DNA of 64,000 nucleotides from a virus. Taxonomy: Duplodnaviria > Heunggongvirae > Uroviricota > Caudoviricetes. How positions within the stretch are numbered: the first letter of the stretch is position 1; each line of letters starts with the position of its first letter. Shown in pieces: positions 1-10,105 of this stretch. The stretch is taken from IMG/VR virus record IMGVR_UViG_3300037484_000445, positions 259,863-323,862 of that record; one strand, 5' to 3'. Made by a program: the position numbers and the translations under genes. The notes under the pieces are model-generated. The model searched no databases and was not told where the DNA came from. It saw only the letters and a list, made by a program, of their open reading frames with translations.

Positions 1-124
1 ACACCATCGCGCCAACCACCGTGGGTCAAGCACAGAACTGGGGTATCGCCATTAGCAGTAGATTTGGTAGTCTTGGTGCGACATACCGAATCTACTGCCA
101 GCGCGTAAAGGTGCAGGCCTTCTA

Positions 125-880
125 CTAGGAGTGGTTGGCTATCCTAAGGAGCTCTTGTTCCAAGCCGCTCTCCAGCATCAGCTTCTGCGTCAACATCGAG
201 TCCTCGACGGGCACTTGCACCCTTGGGTGGATGCACAGAGTCTTGAGGACTCGACCGTTAGGATCGATCTGTTGAATGTTCTGCGACCATTTCCGGTTGA
301 TTCGGTACTTCTTACGCGATCCATCCTGACTTAAGACGTCGAGATCGAAGAAGCCCTTATTTGCTAGGTCGTGACGTTGGGCGTCGTCCAAGTGGCCTTG
401 GAGTAGGACCGTAGCTCGATCACGAGCGACGGCCTTCTCTCCTTCGACCTGAAGTCTTCGCTGGTCAGCCGCTTCCCTATCTCGCAACCTTTGTTGGACT
501 TCAGCCTCAGTTGGCTGCCGTATGGTGTTACCGGCAGTATACGAATCCATGATATGGACGTGGGTATCTGCCCAATTTGCCCAAATGACCGAGGTATCAC
601 AAGTCCCTGTGGCGGTTATGGTCCCCGTCGTACCAACCGTATGCTCGCACCAGTTAGTCCAAATGATGGACGCCCCGGACATTATCGTCGGCATATCGAC
701 GATCGTAGCCGAGGTTGCCGTCACGACTTTTTGAACCCAATGAGGCCAAGGAGTGGTGAAAGTGGTTGGCGTCACGGTCGGCGTCACGGTCGGCACCTCA
801 TCCTCCTTGAAGGGGCGGGGAGAAGATGTAGGACTCGAGATTGGGGTCGAATTCCTTGATCTGAGTGCTCTTCTCTCCAT
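125..880 (-). CDS. hypothetical protein, Thr/Pro-rich N-terminus (TVTPTVTPT)
   Basis: Long ORF. Its 5' end overlaps ORF 798..1082, so the true start may be an internal Met near 694. Confidence 0.45.
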   Translation of the reverse strand: MERRALRSRNSTPISSPTSSPRPFKEDEVPTVTPTVTPTTFTTPWPHWVQKVVTATSATIVDMPTIMSGASIIWTNWCEHTVGTTGTITATGTCDTSVIWANWADTHVHIMDSYTAGNTIRQPTEAEVQQRLRDREAADQRRLQVEGEKAVARDRATVLLQGHLDDAQRHDLANKGFFDLDVLSQDGSRKKYRINRKWSQNIQQIDPNGRVLKTLCIHPRVQVPVEDSMLTQKLMLESGLEQELLRIANHS

Positions 881-1082
881 CAGGCTTGACCGAGAAAGCC
901 AGGTACTTCTTGTCCTTCACGAGAGTATTGAACAGAACTCGCGCCGCTTCGACCTCTTCCGGCTTGGTTTTGTCCCAGATGTGCTTGGTATCACCATTTT
1001 CCCCCATGATAGCCAGGATGCCCATGCCGGAGGGAGGCGTCGTGTTGTCTTCGATCTTAGGTAGTGTAGTTTCCATCTTCAT
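798..1082 (-). CDS. hypothetical protein (94 aa, ends ..LQGG)
   Basis: ORF with a half-motif CGGTGTATG about 30 nt upstream. Confidence 0.4.
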   Translation of the reverse strand: MKMETTLPKIEDNTTPPSGMGILAIMGENGDTKHIWDKTKPEEVEAARVLFNTLVKDKKYLAFSVKPDGEKSTQIKEFDPNLESYIFSPPLQGG

Positions 1083-1280
1083 TTGCCCTTGGTTTTAGGG
1101 TGCATCTTCCCATACACCGATTAGATTAGACGTGCATGGACTATTCTTCGAAGTTCTTCGTTTTCCAGACAACCTCGGCAAAAATAGGTGGGCCAGTCGC
1201 TCCTCCGACAGCCGAGGATTGGCGGTTCGTTTCAATGCAAGTCGACGACGGAAGCATTGTCGTCCTATGGGCCAAAGCGG

Positions 1281-1610
1281 CTAAACACTAGTTCGGGTCC
1301 GGACCAAAGGCTTCCCTTGCACGAACTCTTGTCGTAAGCTTTGGATCCAGTGCTTAGGGAAGCTAAGGTCCGTCACGTGGAAGTCCCAAACCGAACGTGT
1401 CACATAGGTCAAGTATGTCGTTCGGGAGTAGACGAACCCAGCCATGGCCAATTCGTCCTTGGTAGCCCGCCGGCTCATAGCCCCCCAATGAGAGTTCGAC
1501 GTGAAGAACAAGGCCTTACACTCAGCACCCACAATCTCGAGGATGACCGCGTGGTGCTGCCCAAACTCATCGTTGTGGACAGCCACCATACCAGGAGCAA
1601 GGTCGGGCAT
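1281..1610 (-). CDS. hypothetical protein
   Basis: 109-aa ORF. Confidence 0.4.
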   Translation of the reverse strand: MPDLAPGMVAVHNDEFGQHHAVILEIVGAECKALFFTSNSHWGAMSRRATKDELAMAGFVYSRTTYLTYVTRSVWDFHVTDLSFPKHWIQSLRQEFVQGKPLVRTRTSV

Positions 1611-2327
1611 AACCTTAGATTACACACTCATGATGATTTGTCGCTAGTTATGTGCATACACCTGAGTTAGAATGTGTCCCTAACCGACGGCCGAGAAGGT
1701 GTTCTATGCGTGGTGCCGATCTTGTGGGAACTTGTGGCCGAGCCTGGTTGTTGAAACCCGAAAAGCCCAATCCTTCCACATTGTGCAGCTGGTTGGTGAA
1801 TCGTCCGGGGGCCCATCCTTGTTGGGAGTGGTGGCTTGTTGGATTGATCACCCTTAAGGATATCCTAGGGATCCGACCTGCTCGTAAGTCCTGTCCTGAG
1901 TCCGAATACGAGCTGATGATCTATGCCATAGACCCCAGAACTTGCGCTTCACCCGAACCTGACGATCCCAATGGCTATCCACCTCTCCTACCCTTGGATG
2001 TCGTAGAGCAGTTCCACGGTATCTCAGAGGTCGACGCCAAACATCTAACTGAGTTAGTAGTCCAGACCATTGTCTCTGGTAGGATTTCCCCAGATCAGGA
2101 CTTTCGTCGCACCTGGGGAGACGTCATTGCGGGAACGGTACAACACCTGCGAGAAGGCCGACACACTCTCAATTAGGGGCCTGTCTTTTGGCTGTCTGCG
2201 GTTTCAAACTTCTTGAGAATGGTTTGGAGTTGCATCCAAGTTCCCTTATCGTACGTTCCACTTGCGGCTTTACCCCAGAGTTTGTGAAATAGTCGCCAGA
2301 CCTCTACCCAGGCATCTCGGTTCATAG

Positions 2328-2837
2328 TTAGGACTCAGAGTTGTCGGCCTTGTCTTTCGACGCCAGCTCTTTGAGAGCCCTGACATACCACACACTTTCA
2401 ATGTCGGCATCCGTGATTTCTTTGAGATCCTCTGCCGATTTGAGTGGCTTCCACCAAGACTCACAACCCCAAACTAGACGATCTATCTCCGGTACAAAGA
2501 TCGCCGGATTAGTCACGGGTTGTAGGGTCAAAGTCTTCTTGACCTTGTGGTACATTGCGTGAACATCGATAGTCAGATCCCCTAAGTAAACACCCAGAAG
2601 GGTCTTATCACTTTTCGCTAGGCGTACGGCTACCAAAGTACCAAACATGGGATTCTGCCTAGTCTTCAAGCACGGACCGCGTTCCACGGTTGAAATCTCG
2701 ATCGTGGCTCCATGTAAACTTTCCCCCGTGAGGACATTCTTCTCGAAGTCCTCGAGATAGGCGGATAATCCGGCAAGCTCCTTAGAAAGGCTTGGTTCTT
2801 CTGTCTTGTCGGAGGTATTCTCTGTCGTTTCTTCCAT
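2328..2837 (-). CDS. hypothetical protein (start moved to ATG, MEETTEN..)
   Basis: Track ORF is 2328..2861 from GTG. The in-frame ATG at 2837 is preceded by CGGTGTATACC plus 6 nt. Confidence 0.5.
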   Translation of the reverse strand: MEETTENTSDKTEEPSLSKELAGLSAYLEDFEKNVLTGESLHGATIEISTVERGPCLKTRQNPMFGTLVAVRLAKSDKTLLGVYLGDLTIDVHAMYHKVKKTLTLQPVTNPAIFVPEIDRLVWGCESWWKPLKSAEDLKEITDADIESVWYVRALKELASKDKADNSES

Positions 2838-2882
2838 ACCAGAGGTATACACCGTGAGCACCTTTTGGTGTAGGGTGACCTC

Positions 2883-3287
2883 GTGGCACGACGCCTAATA
2901 GTTTGCCTCGGCTCTATATACCCATTTCTTTGGGCGTTACGTCACATGAAGGTTTCACAGTCCTGGGCTACTGGCTTTGAGGACTGGGTTCTACTACTGA
3001 TCGGGGCCTGCTTCACGATCGACTACGTCATCCAGAGGCTATTTCACATCGGTGAAACCCCAATGGGTCCTTTCAGACGACCAATTCAAACGGAACCTGA
3101 CGGTGATGAAGAGGAGGAACCTCCAGGAGTACCTGAATCTCGTTGGGAATATGAGAGACGGATGAAGCAGGAGCGTAAGGCTGCCGAAAGGCGAGAGCGT
3201 AGAGCTGTTCTTCGGCGGATGAAGAAAGAGGCTAGCTACCCCAACCTAGTCGAGAGAATTCTCAACAAGGACGACGATTCGGTGTAG
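2883..3287 (+). CDS. membrane-anchored protein with charged Arg/Glu-rich C-terminus
   Basis: GTG start preceded by GGTGTAGGG plus 7 nt; hydrophobic N-terminal segment. Confidence 0.5.
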   Translation: MARRLIVCLGSIYPFLWALRHMKVSQSWATGFEDWVLLLIGACFTIDYVIQRLFHIGETPMGPFRRPIQTEPDGDEEEEPPGVPESRWEYERRMKQERKAAERRERRAVLRRMKKEASYPNLVERILNKDDDSV

Positions 3288-3295
3288 GATCCCTC

Positions 3296-3946
3296 ATGGG
3301 CATCTTTCCTGTAAAGCAACCAAACGGCCTCTACGCCCTCTTTTCGACTTTCACGGACAGATACCTAGAGCAGAACCTGACTGAGCAAGATCTGCTCACT
3401 AACAGCCTTCTAGAGGATGGTTTGGCCCACGGGGAAGATATTGCTCGACGTAGCATCGAACGGGCCAACATGAGCTCTAGCCTTTGGGAGGACAGGCTCC
3501 GCGTTATGGCTCGGCAACACGGCCAGGATGACGTCTATGACGAGGTTGTCCAGTTAGGCACCCAACCCTTCGAAGTTCCCCCGGACGCCGACAGAGGTCA
3601 AATCTGGGCCCTTGTGGGCATCCTTTGGGTGAATGCTTCTCGAGTCATGCCAGCGGAGGAAGTGTTAGCCGTTGAGGTCTATTGGCCGGTAAGTGAAACC
3701 GTGTCCAGCACGGGGGACTACAACATGAAGTTCATCCGGCACAACTTCATGTTACGACAGAGCGATGCCTGGTTGGGGGCGGTCCATTGGAAGAATCCTA
3801 GTGACCAACAATACCTTCGGGTGCGAAACCAAACCTTCAAGGTGTTAGCCAATAATGGTCAAATCGAAGGGGAGGGAATGGTTCTCTACGCCAATCTTCC
3901 AAAAGAAGTCGTTGAGGCTTACTCCCAAGTGCCTATCGGTAGCTAG
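3296..3946 (+). CDS. hypothetical protein (216 aa)
   Basis: ATG preceded by CGGTGTAGGATCCCTC. Confidence 0.55.
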   Translation: MGIFPVKQPNGLYALFSTFTDRYLEQNLTEQDLLTNSLLEDGLAHGEDIARRSIERANMSSSLWEDRLRVMARQHGQDDVYDEVVQLGTQPFEVPPDADRGQIWALVGILWVNASRVMPAEEVLAVEVYWPVSETVSSTGDYNMKFIRHNFMLRQSDAWLGAVHWKNPSDQQYLRVRNQTFKVLANNGQIEGEGMVLYANLPKEVVEAYSQVPIGS

Positions 3947-3963
3947 TTCCTTATTGGCATCGC

Positions 3964-4575
3964 TTGAGCATGAAGGATAAGCCCAACTGGTTACGTCTCC
4001 TGGATATCCTCACATTCGGAGGACTTACACTTTTGGCTGGGGTTATAGCGCTCTACGCTAGCCTGGCCACGATAACGACACCACATGCCAAAGAGGGATT
4101 GACCTTGTTGTGGGTGGTGGCCCTAACCTTTGCTGGTATTTGGGGTCGATTGACGTGGTTGCGTAAGAAGGAGCTCGATCAATTTACTTGGTTCCCAAAG
4201 CACGGCTTCATGGTCAATCCCGGAGGTTATCTCCTACCGTCGCAAGAGATTTTCAACAAAAGTGTGGAGATGATCATTGCTGCTTGGGAGAGACACTTTC
4301 CACAAGCCTCTAGAATCGTTGACGATGGAGAGGTGATCTGGGTTTGGATGTCCAAAGAGCTAAGTGAGAAACCCAACGAATTGACTGGAAGAACTGTCAA
4401 AGGGTTCGTGATCGCGGCCACTAGAACGATGGCTGTTGACTATGACCTATCGGGTGAAGACTGGGACAAGACGGCTTTTAGGCACGAGTTAGGCCACATC
4501 ATTATGGGTGAGGCCACTCGGGATTGGAATCAAGACACTCACCATACCTTCGCTGCGGCTAACGGCCTACCATGA
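3964..4575 (+). CDS. membrane-anchored putative Zn-metallopeptidase (HExxH: HELGH)
   Basis: Two N-terminal transmembrane segments; HELGHIIMGE motif near the C-terminus. Confidence 0.45.
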   Translation: MSMKDKPNWLRLLDILTFGGLTLLAGVIALYASLATITTPHAKEGLTLLWVVALTFAGIWGRLTWLRKKELDQFTWFPKHGFMVNPGGYLLPSQEIFNKSVEMIIAAWERHFPQASRIVDDGEVIWVWMSKELSEKPNELTGRTVKGFVIAATRTMAVDYDLSGEDWDKTAFRHELGHIIMGEATRDWNQDTHHTFAAANGLP

Positions 4576-4915
4576 ACGGTTGCTCGGGTTCAGGTGGAAT
4601 CGACTGAACAACGAAACCAAGACTTGCCCGTCGAGCCATGAGTCTCTTTCGGAACTGAGTGTCTTCCAAGAACGCAGCTAGCTTGGCTTTACCCTGGACG
4701 TAGGCTTCGTCTTCGAAGCAGAACCCCTCTGGGTCATCTCGTACGTCCAACACACTCATAGGACTGACGAGGACGCCTCCTTCTGGAGCGTCCTCACCTG
4801 GTACCTCAACAGCTATGGCTAAGCCTAGAGGGTGCAAGATCCTTCGGTTTATCTCGAACAACAAGCCAGAATCAACCAAGAAGGTTGCTGGATCCTTAAC
4901 GTACTTTGTTTCCAT
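4559..4915 (-). CDS. hypothetical protein
   Basis: 118-aa ORF. Confidence 0.4.
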   Translation of the reverse strand: METKYVKDPATFLVDSGLLFEINRRILHPLGLAIAVEVPGEDAPEGGVLVSPMSVLDVRDDPEGFCFEDEAYVQGKAKLAAFLEDTQFRKRLMARRASLGFVVQSIPPEPEQPFMVGR

Positions 4916-4941
4916 GCCACCATTCTACACCAAGGTAGAAT

Positions 4942-6108
4942 CTATGGCGTGGCAAAGCTCATGATGGGTGTGGCAAATACGCTGTTGTCGAAGTTCCAAG
5001 CATCTCCAGTGTTGCCCTGGTAAATGAAGACACGACTGCCCGCATTGACCAGTACAATAGAAGAGTTCACAGGAACAGCATTAATGTCGTAGTTTGGCAC
5101 TCTTAGTACTTGGGACATGATCCAACTGAGGCCGCCATCCTCACTCAGGTAAGTGTAGATCTGTGCGTAAGATCCGTTGAATCCACCGACTGCAAGGATG
5201 TAACGACCTTCGACGTCTAGACGTTCCAAGTGGGAATTTGGAGCCCAGGAGAAGAAGGATTGGCTAGCAAACGTGATCCATCGACCATTGTCCCAAGAAG
5301 TACCGTTAGTTGTCGAGGAGTAGATTGCGTTGCTGGCACTATTGATAATGGCCCAACGATTGAACTTCTTGGAGTAGGTAACATCCTTGATGGGGTATGC
5401 TAGTGGCACCGATATGGTGCTCCAGGTCACGCCACCGTCAAGAGACCGGTAAGTAGACGCCCCAAAGAACATCAGGTGAACAGCGCCTGAGTCACTCACG
5501 CCATAAGCGGTTGGAGAACCCCCTGGCACGACGACCGTAGCACAGATGTTAGTGAAGGGACTCGTGGCATTCGTACCTCGCATAACCATCAAGTTGCCAC
5601 CTGGGTCTATAGCGGGGTAGTAGATGTAACCAGCGTCCTTGGCATACCTTATGAGCGACAAGGACACAGGATAGCCTGGTAAGTCGACAGAACGATCAAT
5701 GTAGTTAGGTGGGCCTTCTAGAGCATTGCCACCTAGAATAGCAAGAATCTTCCCGAGACCACTAGTGTCACCGCCTAAGATCCAAAGATAGTTATCGATG
5801 AACATCAACGAGTTGATGTTGGCGAAAGCCGTGCCAGGTCCGATGGTGAAGTCATTCTCATAGAAGTCCGCAAACGACTCGGACCTGATGATGCTAGGAG
5901 AACTTCCTAGAGAGGGCCCGCGTAGCATCACTGTCGTAAGGGTGTTGCCTTGGAAATGACAAGCACCTCTTCTTGCGTCGTCGCCCCGGATGGAATAGTG
6001 TCCGTAGGTGCTGGAAATCGGTACGTTGATTTCGGATATCCGAGTGAAGCTGGAAGCCGCCTGGAGGACAACGGGGTTGGTTACAGAGACATTTCTGAAA
6101 TGTGGCAT
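4942..6108 (-). CDS. BNR/Asp-box repeat protein (sialidase-like beta-propeller)
   Basis: SxDxGxTW Asp-box motifs (SLDGGVTWS, SEDGGLSWI); Gly/Ser/Thr/Asn/Tyr-rich. Confidence 0.65.
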   Translation of the reverse strand: MPHFRNVSVTNPVVLQAASSFTRISEINVPISSTYGHYSIRGDDARRGACHFQGNTLTTVMLRGPSLGSSPSIIRSESFADFYENDFTIGPGTAFANINSLMFIDNYLWILGGDTSGLGKILAILGGNALEGPPNYIDRSVDLPGYPVSLSLIRYAKDAGYIYYPAIDPGGNLMVMRGTNATSPFTNICATVVVPGGSPTAYGVSDSGAVHLMFFGASTYRSLDGGVTWSTISVPLAYPIKDVTYSKKFNRWAIINSASNAIYSSTTNGTSWDNGRWITFASQSFFSWAPNSHLERLDVEGRYILAVGGFNGSYAQIYTYLSEDGGLSWIMSQVLRVPNYDINAVPVNSSIVLVNAGSRVFIYQGNTGDAWNFDNSVFATPIMSFATP

Positions 6109-6111
6109 AGA

Positions 6112-7209
6112 TTACCCAACTATCGTCATTTTGGTAAGATTGTCCTGGAATATCCCTGCTTGGTGTGGAGACTCACCTGGCCTAGTAGCTACTTCGATAT
6201 GAGTACCAAAATAATTAGCAACCGTTGTTGCGGGTTTCCAAGTGGTCCCACCGTCGGGACTGTAGAGAACGTTGGATCCACCACCAGCTTCTGCGGAGAT
6301 GATCATCCCGATGAAGACTTCATTCATGGCCGCTAGGCTCCCAAACTGCGTACCCGATGCAAAGCGGTGCATTAGGGACCAACTGGTACCGCTGAAGGAG
6401 TAATAGGCGGCTGGTCCCGTAGCATCAGATCCAATAGCCAAAAAGCCGTTGACTAGTGATCCACCAACTTTTCCGTAGGCCATGCTTGTCACTACGAAGC
6501 TGTTGGGGAATGTACGGGTGCTCCAACTACTACCCGTAGTCGTGGTGTAATAGGTGCTACCTGTTTGGGCGTAAGCGACGACCAGATTGCCATTGTTAGT
6601 ACAAAGGTTGTTTGGCGACGACGGATTCGACATGGTTAGCATCAAGTTGTACGAACCCGAGTCTCCTGTGAGGCTCCAATGAATGTCGTTGCCTATGCGA
6701 GCAAGATAACCGAAGGACGCGAAGGCCATGGCCGTGACGAAAGAGGTGTCTGCCACGCCTATGAGAATGTCTTCCCAAGTAGTCCCAAGATCTGGGCTAC
6801 GCTTGATCTTGTAGGCGGTACCTCCAGGACTCAACCCCCCTGCAACGGTAACGTACTCGGGCCCCGTAGCATGGGAATCACGTAGGGCACAAACCCCTTG
6901 AAAACCGCCGATAGCTCCTCGGTAATACCAATCGGATCCATCGGCGGACATAGCGTATGGTGTAGTAGTACCGTTAGTTCCGAACGTGAACCATGTTTGG
7001 GCCGTTTGTTGGTAAAAACCCACACTTCCGAGATCCGTTATGGTCTGAGCGGTATGCCAGTTCTTGGCTATGTACTCACCCTTAGAAGGGCCTGCGAGGT
7101 CGATACCTCGTTCGAACCTGGTGTTCTGTTTGAAGATGGGCATTCTGCTATCTCCGGGCCATAAGTAGGAAAACGCGTCCTTACTCACGGCTGTCTTAGT
7201 GCCGACCAA
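6112..7209 (-). CDS. BNR/Asp-box repeat protein, paralog of 4942..6108
   Basis: Asp-box motifs (SPDLGTTWED, SPDGGTTWKP); tandem with the previous gene. Confidence 0.65.
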   Translation of the reverse strand: MVGTKTAVSKDAFSYLWPGDSRMPIFKQNTRFERGIDLAGPSKGEYIAKNWHTAQTITDLGSVGFYQQTAQTWFTFGTNGTTTPYAMSADGSDWYYRGAIGGFQGVCALRDSHATGPEYVTVAGGLSPGGTAYKIKRSPDLGTTWEDILIGVADTSFVTAMAFASFGYLARIGNDIHWSLTGDSGSYNLMLTMSNPSSPNNLCTNNGNLVVAYAQTGSTYYTTTTGSSWSTRTFPNSFVVTSMAYGKVGGSLVNGFLAIGSDATGPAAYYSFSGTSWSLMHRFASGTQFGSLAAMNEVFIGMIISAEAGGGSNVLYSPDGGTTWKPATTVANYFGTHIEVATRPGESPHQAGIFQDNLTKMTIVG

Positions 7210-7254
7210 TGGGCCAAAATAACGATACCTCTGGCAGGTGTATGAAGATCACAA

Positions 7255-7761
7255 ATGAAGAAGCTGAAAGTTTGGCAGTACACCTTACCACCACTCAAGG
7301 GCGAAGGGTGGGCCATTATCATCCTGCGAGAGGATGGGTACTTCTCCACAGTGAGCGACTTTGGAAATTACGCTTATATGTGGACCTGCACCGGATGTAA
7401 GGACTTTCGAGAATTCCTTCTTAGGGCGGACAAGGATTGGCACTACTTCGCCAAAAAGCTAAAACCCGACACACACGTAGACAGCAGGGAATCAATCAAG
7501 AACCTCCTCGAGGGACTTCTCCGTAGGCGGCATCAACGAGAGATCTCGAAGGAGAGTGCCCGTGACATTTTCGAGACCATTCATCGATACGATGAGGACT
7601 GGGAAGGACTTCTGCGAGACCAAGATGCTGATCTAATGAGAGAATTTCCTGAACCTTGGGAGTACACGATCTCAAGTCTTGATTCGGATGTCATAGGCTT
7701 TTGCCAGAAGATCTTCCCTCGTCTCAATGCAATTCTCCGAAAACAGCTGAAAATGTGTTAA
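7255..7761 (+). CDS. hypothetical protein (168 aa)
   Basis: ORF. Confidence 0.5.
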   Translation: MKKLKVWQYTLPPLKGEGWAIIILREDGYFSTVSDFGNYAYMWTCTGCKDFREFLLRADKDWHYFAKKLKPDTHVDSRESIKNLLEGLLRRRHQREISKESARDIFETIHRYDEDWEGLLRDQDADLMREFPEPWEYTISSLDSDVIGFCQKIFPRLNAILRKQLKMC

Positions 7762-7807
7762 CACACGTATATACACAGTCCGGTGTATAGTAGGTTACAG
7801 GCAGCAT

Positions 7808-8128
7808 ATGGAACCTACTAAAACTCCCTTGAAGTCAATCAACAAAACACAATTGGTCCAGGTCATCTCCGACCGTTTGGACATCACACGGATACAAGCG
7901 GCCAGGTTCTTGGAGGTCCTGTCCGATATTGCCGTAGAGGCTTTGACTCGAGATCATATTCTGATCATTCCCGATCTAGTACAGCTGACTATTCGAGAAA
8001 CCGCAGCCAGACCCGCCAGAAGGGGTATCGGTTTCGACAAACAGATGAAAGACTTCCCCGCGACGCCAGCAAAAAAGAAGGTCGCCGCCAAGCCCGTCGG
8101 TCAAACCAAAAAGGTTTCGCTAGGTTAG
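7808..8128 (+). CDS. HU/IHF-family DNA-binding protein with Lys/Ala-rich C-terminal tail
   Basis: NKTQLVQVISDRLDITRIQAARFLEVL.. and IPDLVQLTIRETAARPARRG match the HU fold signature. A tail-to-tail motif lies upstream. Confidence 0.75.
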   Translation: MEPTKTPLKSINKTQLVQVISDRLDITRIQAARFLEVLSDIAVEALTRDHILIIPDLVQLTIRETAARPARRGIGFDKQMKDFPATPAKKKVAAKPVGQTKKVSLG

Positions 8129-8166
8129 GGTCTGTTCAAGAAGGCCGTTTATGCTAACACTACTGA

Positions 8167-8565
8167 GTGTCGGAAAAGCGGTCCCCACCCAGTAAGCCCC
8201 CATTTGGTACAGGCAACAGGAGGAGCCTAACCCCTCCTGTTGTGACCAAGCGAGTCCTTACGCCTAGCCCAAGTGGGCCCCCGTTACCTCGAGTTCCCTT
8301 TCCACCCTCTCTCTTCCCAGATGAGCTCCCAACGCTTAAAAAAGGAGAGACCGTCGTGGTGTACCAAAGCCTCCTATCGATCTTCGATTCGATGGGTCCA
8401 AATGAACGTTTGGAGTTCATCGAACTAGCCACGGCCTTCCGAGATCTGAGCCCAGAAGACCGTGCGTACCTAGTTGAAGAGGCTAACGGTCTGGTGTGTC
8501 TCGGAAAACCTCAGAAAGACCAAGGGCCTGGATCTTCTTCTGGAGATCTGGGGTCATCCCCGTAA
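8167..8565 (+). CDS. hypothetical Pro-rich protein
   Basis: ORF, partly overlapping the opposite-strand ORF 8160..8432. Confidence 0.35.
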   Translation: MSEKRSPPSKPPFGTGNRRSLTPPVVTKRVLTPSPSGPPLPRVPFPPSLFPDELPTLKKGETVVVYQSLLSIFDSMGPNERLEFIELATAFRDLSPEDRAYLVEEANGLVCLGKPQKDQGPGSSSGDLGSSP

Positions 8566-9394
8566 AGCTTAGGGCTCCACCTTTCTTGCCAAAGCGGTCA
8601 ATCCCCAAGTTGCTCTTACAGCCGACAACCACATCGGCGATGGCCTTCAACCAAGCTTCAACGGGCTGAGGACATCCCAGAGTGAAGTCCAGTGTGATGT
8701 AGGGGGTATGCTTCAGAATACCTGGGTGGTAGTCCTCCCAAGCCAGAGTGATCAGCTTTCGCAAGCCTTCAAGGTCCGGATCTGTCGGAGGGTAATCGAA
8801 GAACCTGAATTGGCTGGATACTGACCCCTTGTTGGCAACGATACAGGGGTAGCCATAAGCTAGAGCCATGTACTTTGCACGCTCGTAAAGAGCGTAGGCT
8901 TCGCAGCTGTCGCTATGTTTGTAGTACTCATCAATGAAGAGAGTCCTAAGGACGTCAGCCAATCCTTGAAACCCCTTGTACCCTAAGGCTGCACTGAACC
9001 TGGTGCATCCTCGATAGAACGCGGGAAAGATCCATTCCTCCGCAAACCCCTCGAAGTAGCAAGGGCTCAAATAGGAAGACGTGTTCCCCGCTACAATCCC
9101 CCAAAGGTCCGTGTCTAGGGGATCTGGTGCTCTCACGCTGACCTTGATATCGTGGAAATTGTCTCGCGTGATGATCTCAACACCGCAAGCCATCGTGTAT
9201 TTGACCACGGGAAGAGAGATGCTTTTTGACGTGTGCGAGCCAACTACCTCGAGTTTGCTCTCGGTGATACGAGCAAAAGCTTCAAACATATCCATCGATC
9301 CCCGAGCGGAATCCTTCCAAATGAACTTTTCGATGTCTTCAGTGAACTTGGTGAGCTGAGGGTCGGTTGCCTTAGGTAGTTCTTTTGGGGGCAT
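8483..9394 (-). CDS. hypothetical protein (start moved to ATG, MPPKELPK..)
   Basis: Track ORF extends to 9481 from GTG. The ATG at 9394 is preceded by CGGTGTATATACCGAC. Confidence 0.5.
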   Translation of the reverse strand: MPPKELPKATDPQLTKFTEDIEKFIWKDSARGSMDMFEAFARITESKLEVVGSHTSKSISLPVVKYTMACGVEIITRDNFHDIKVSVRAPDPLDTDLWGIVAGNTSSYLSPCYFEGFAEEWIFPAFYRGCTRFSAALGYKGFQGLADVLRTLFIDEYYKHSDSCEAYALYERAKYMALAYGYPCIVANKGSVSSQFRFFDYPPTDPDLEGLRKLITLAWEDYHPGILKHTPYITLDFTLGCPQPVEAWLKAIADVVVGCKSNLGIDRFGKKGGALSFTGMTPDLQKKIQALGLSEVFRDTPDR

Positions 9395-9582
9395 GTCGGT
9401 ATATACACCGACCTGAATCAGCTCTGGGCTTAAGCTTTCCACGGGAGCCCTCGTACCACTCCTCATGGGAAACGTCATCACCTGGGAAGCCCTCCAAGCC
9501 GCCGCGTCCGAACCTGATGTTCAGATTCTTTACCGGGATGGCTGGGGAAACCTTTGGGGAATCCCGTATGATTTGAAGTCGG

Positions 9583-10074
9583 GTGAACAGCCGATGTATA
9601 TACAGGACCGTTCAAGTTGGACGTTACTTGACAGCACCGACCCAATCGTCGCAGACTTCTTGTCCCAGTACCATCGGGATGTGCCAACCCAGATTAATGC
9701 CTGGGCGTACTTGCCTGAAAATTGAACCCATCCAAATGAACCTCCATCGAAGACTCTACCCGAGCACCGAGAAGCAAGTCCTCCAGCACATTGACGCCCA
9801 AGGTCGAATCCACGGATCAACCGTTCGGGACTTCTTTATTGAATTCGCCAAGGGCCGATTCGCCGTAGACGACCACGCCGAGAAGCTCCTCAAAGAACTT
9901 GTGGAGGCAGGGGTAATTGAGATCCTATACCGGGAGCCCACCCACTCTCAAGCCGCTTTTGCGGGGCTCTACCACTCCAGCAAGAGCTACAAGAACACCC
10001 CATGGGGTCCCGGTACCATCGAGCACTACTGGTATCGCAAAGTCACGCCCCAAAATTCGCCAGACAGCCCTTAA
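9583..10074 (+). CDS. hypothetical protein
   Basis: ORF upstream of the sigma factor. Confidence 0.35.
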   Translation: MNSRCIYRTVQVGRYLTAPTQSSQTSCPSTIGMCQPRLMPGRTCLKIEPIQMNLHRRLYPSTEKQVLQHIDAQGRIHGSTVRDFFIEFAKGRFAVDDHAEKLLKELVEAGVIEILYREPTHSQAAFAGLYHSSKSYKNTPWGPGTIEHYWYRKVTPQNSPDSP

Positions 10075-10105
10075 GTTTCAACCCCCAACCTCTCGTACTA
10101 CCCCT

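Noticed and set aside
753-790. Tandem 12-nt repeat GGCGTCACGGTC x2
   Set aside because: Lies inside a coding region (encodes TVTPTVTPT on the minus strand); a coding low-complexity repeat, not a CRISPR or regulatory array.
131-1064. Plus-strand ORFs 131..334, 491..859, 522..734, 753..1064, 865..1098
   Set aside because: All lie antisense within minus-strand genes 125..880 and 798..1082 and have no start-proximal motif; treated as spurious.
6596-7164. Internal ORFs 6596..6778, 6679..6885, 6831..7025, 6898..7164 inside the BNR gene
   Set aside because: Embedded in or antisense to a gene with conserved Asp-box motifs.
8160-8432. Minus-strand ORF 8160..8432 versus plus-strand ORF 8167..8565
   Set aside because: Mutually exclusive overlapping ORFs. 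The plus-strand one was retained at low confidence because it continues the plus-strand HU block; neither has a supporting motif.
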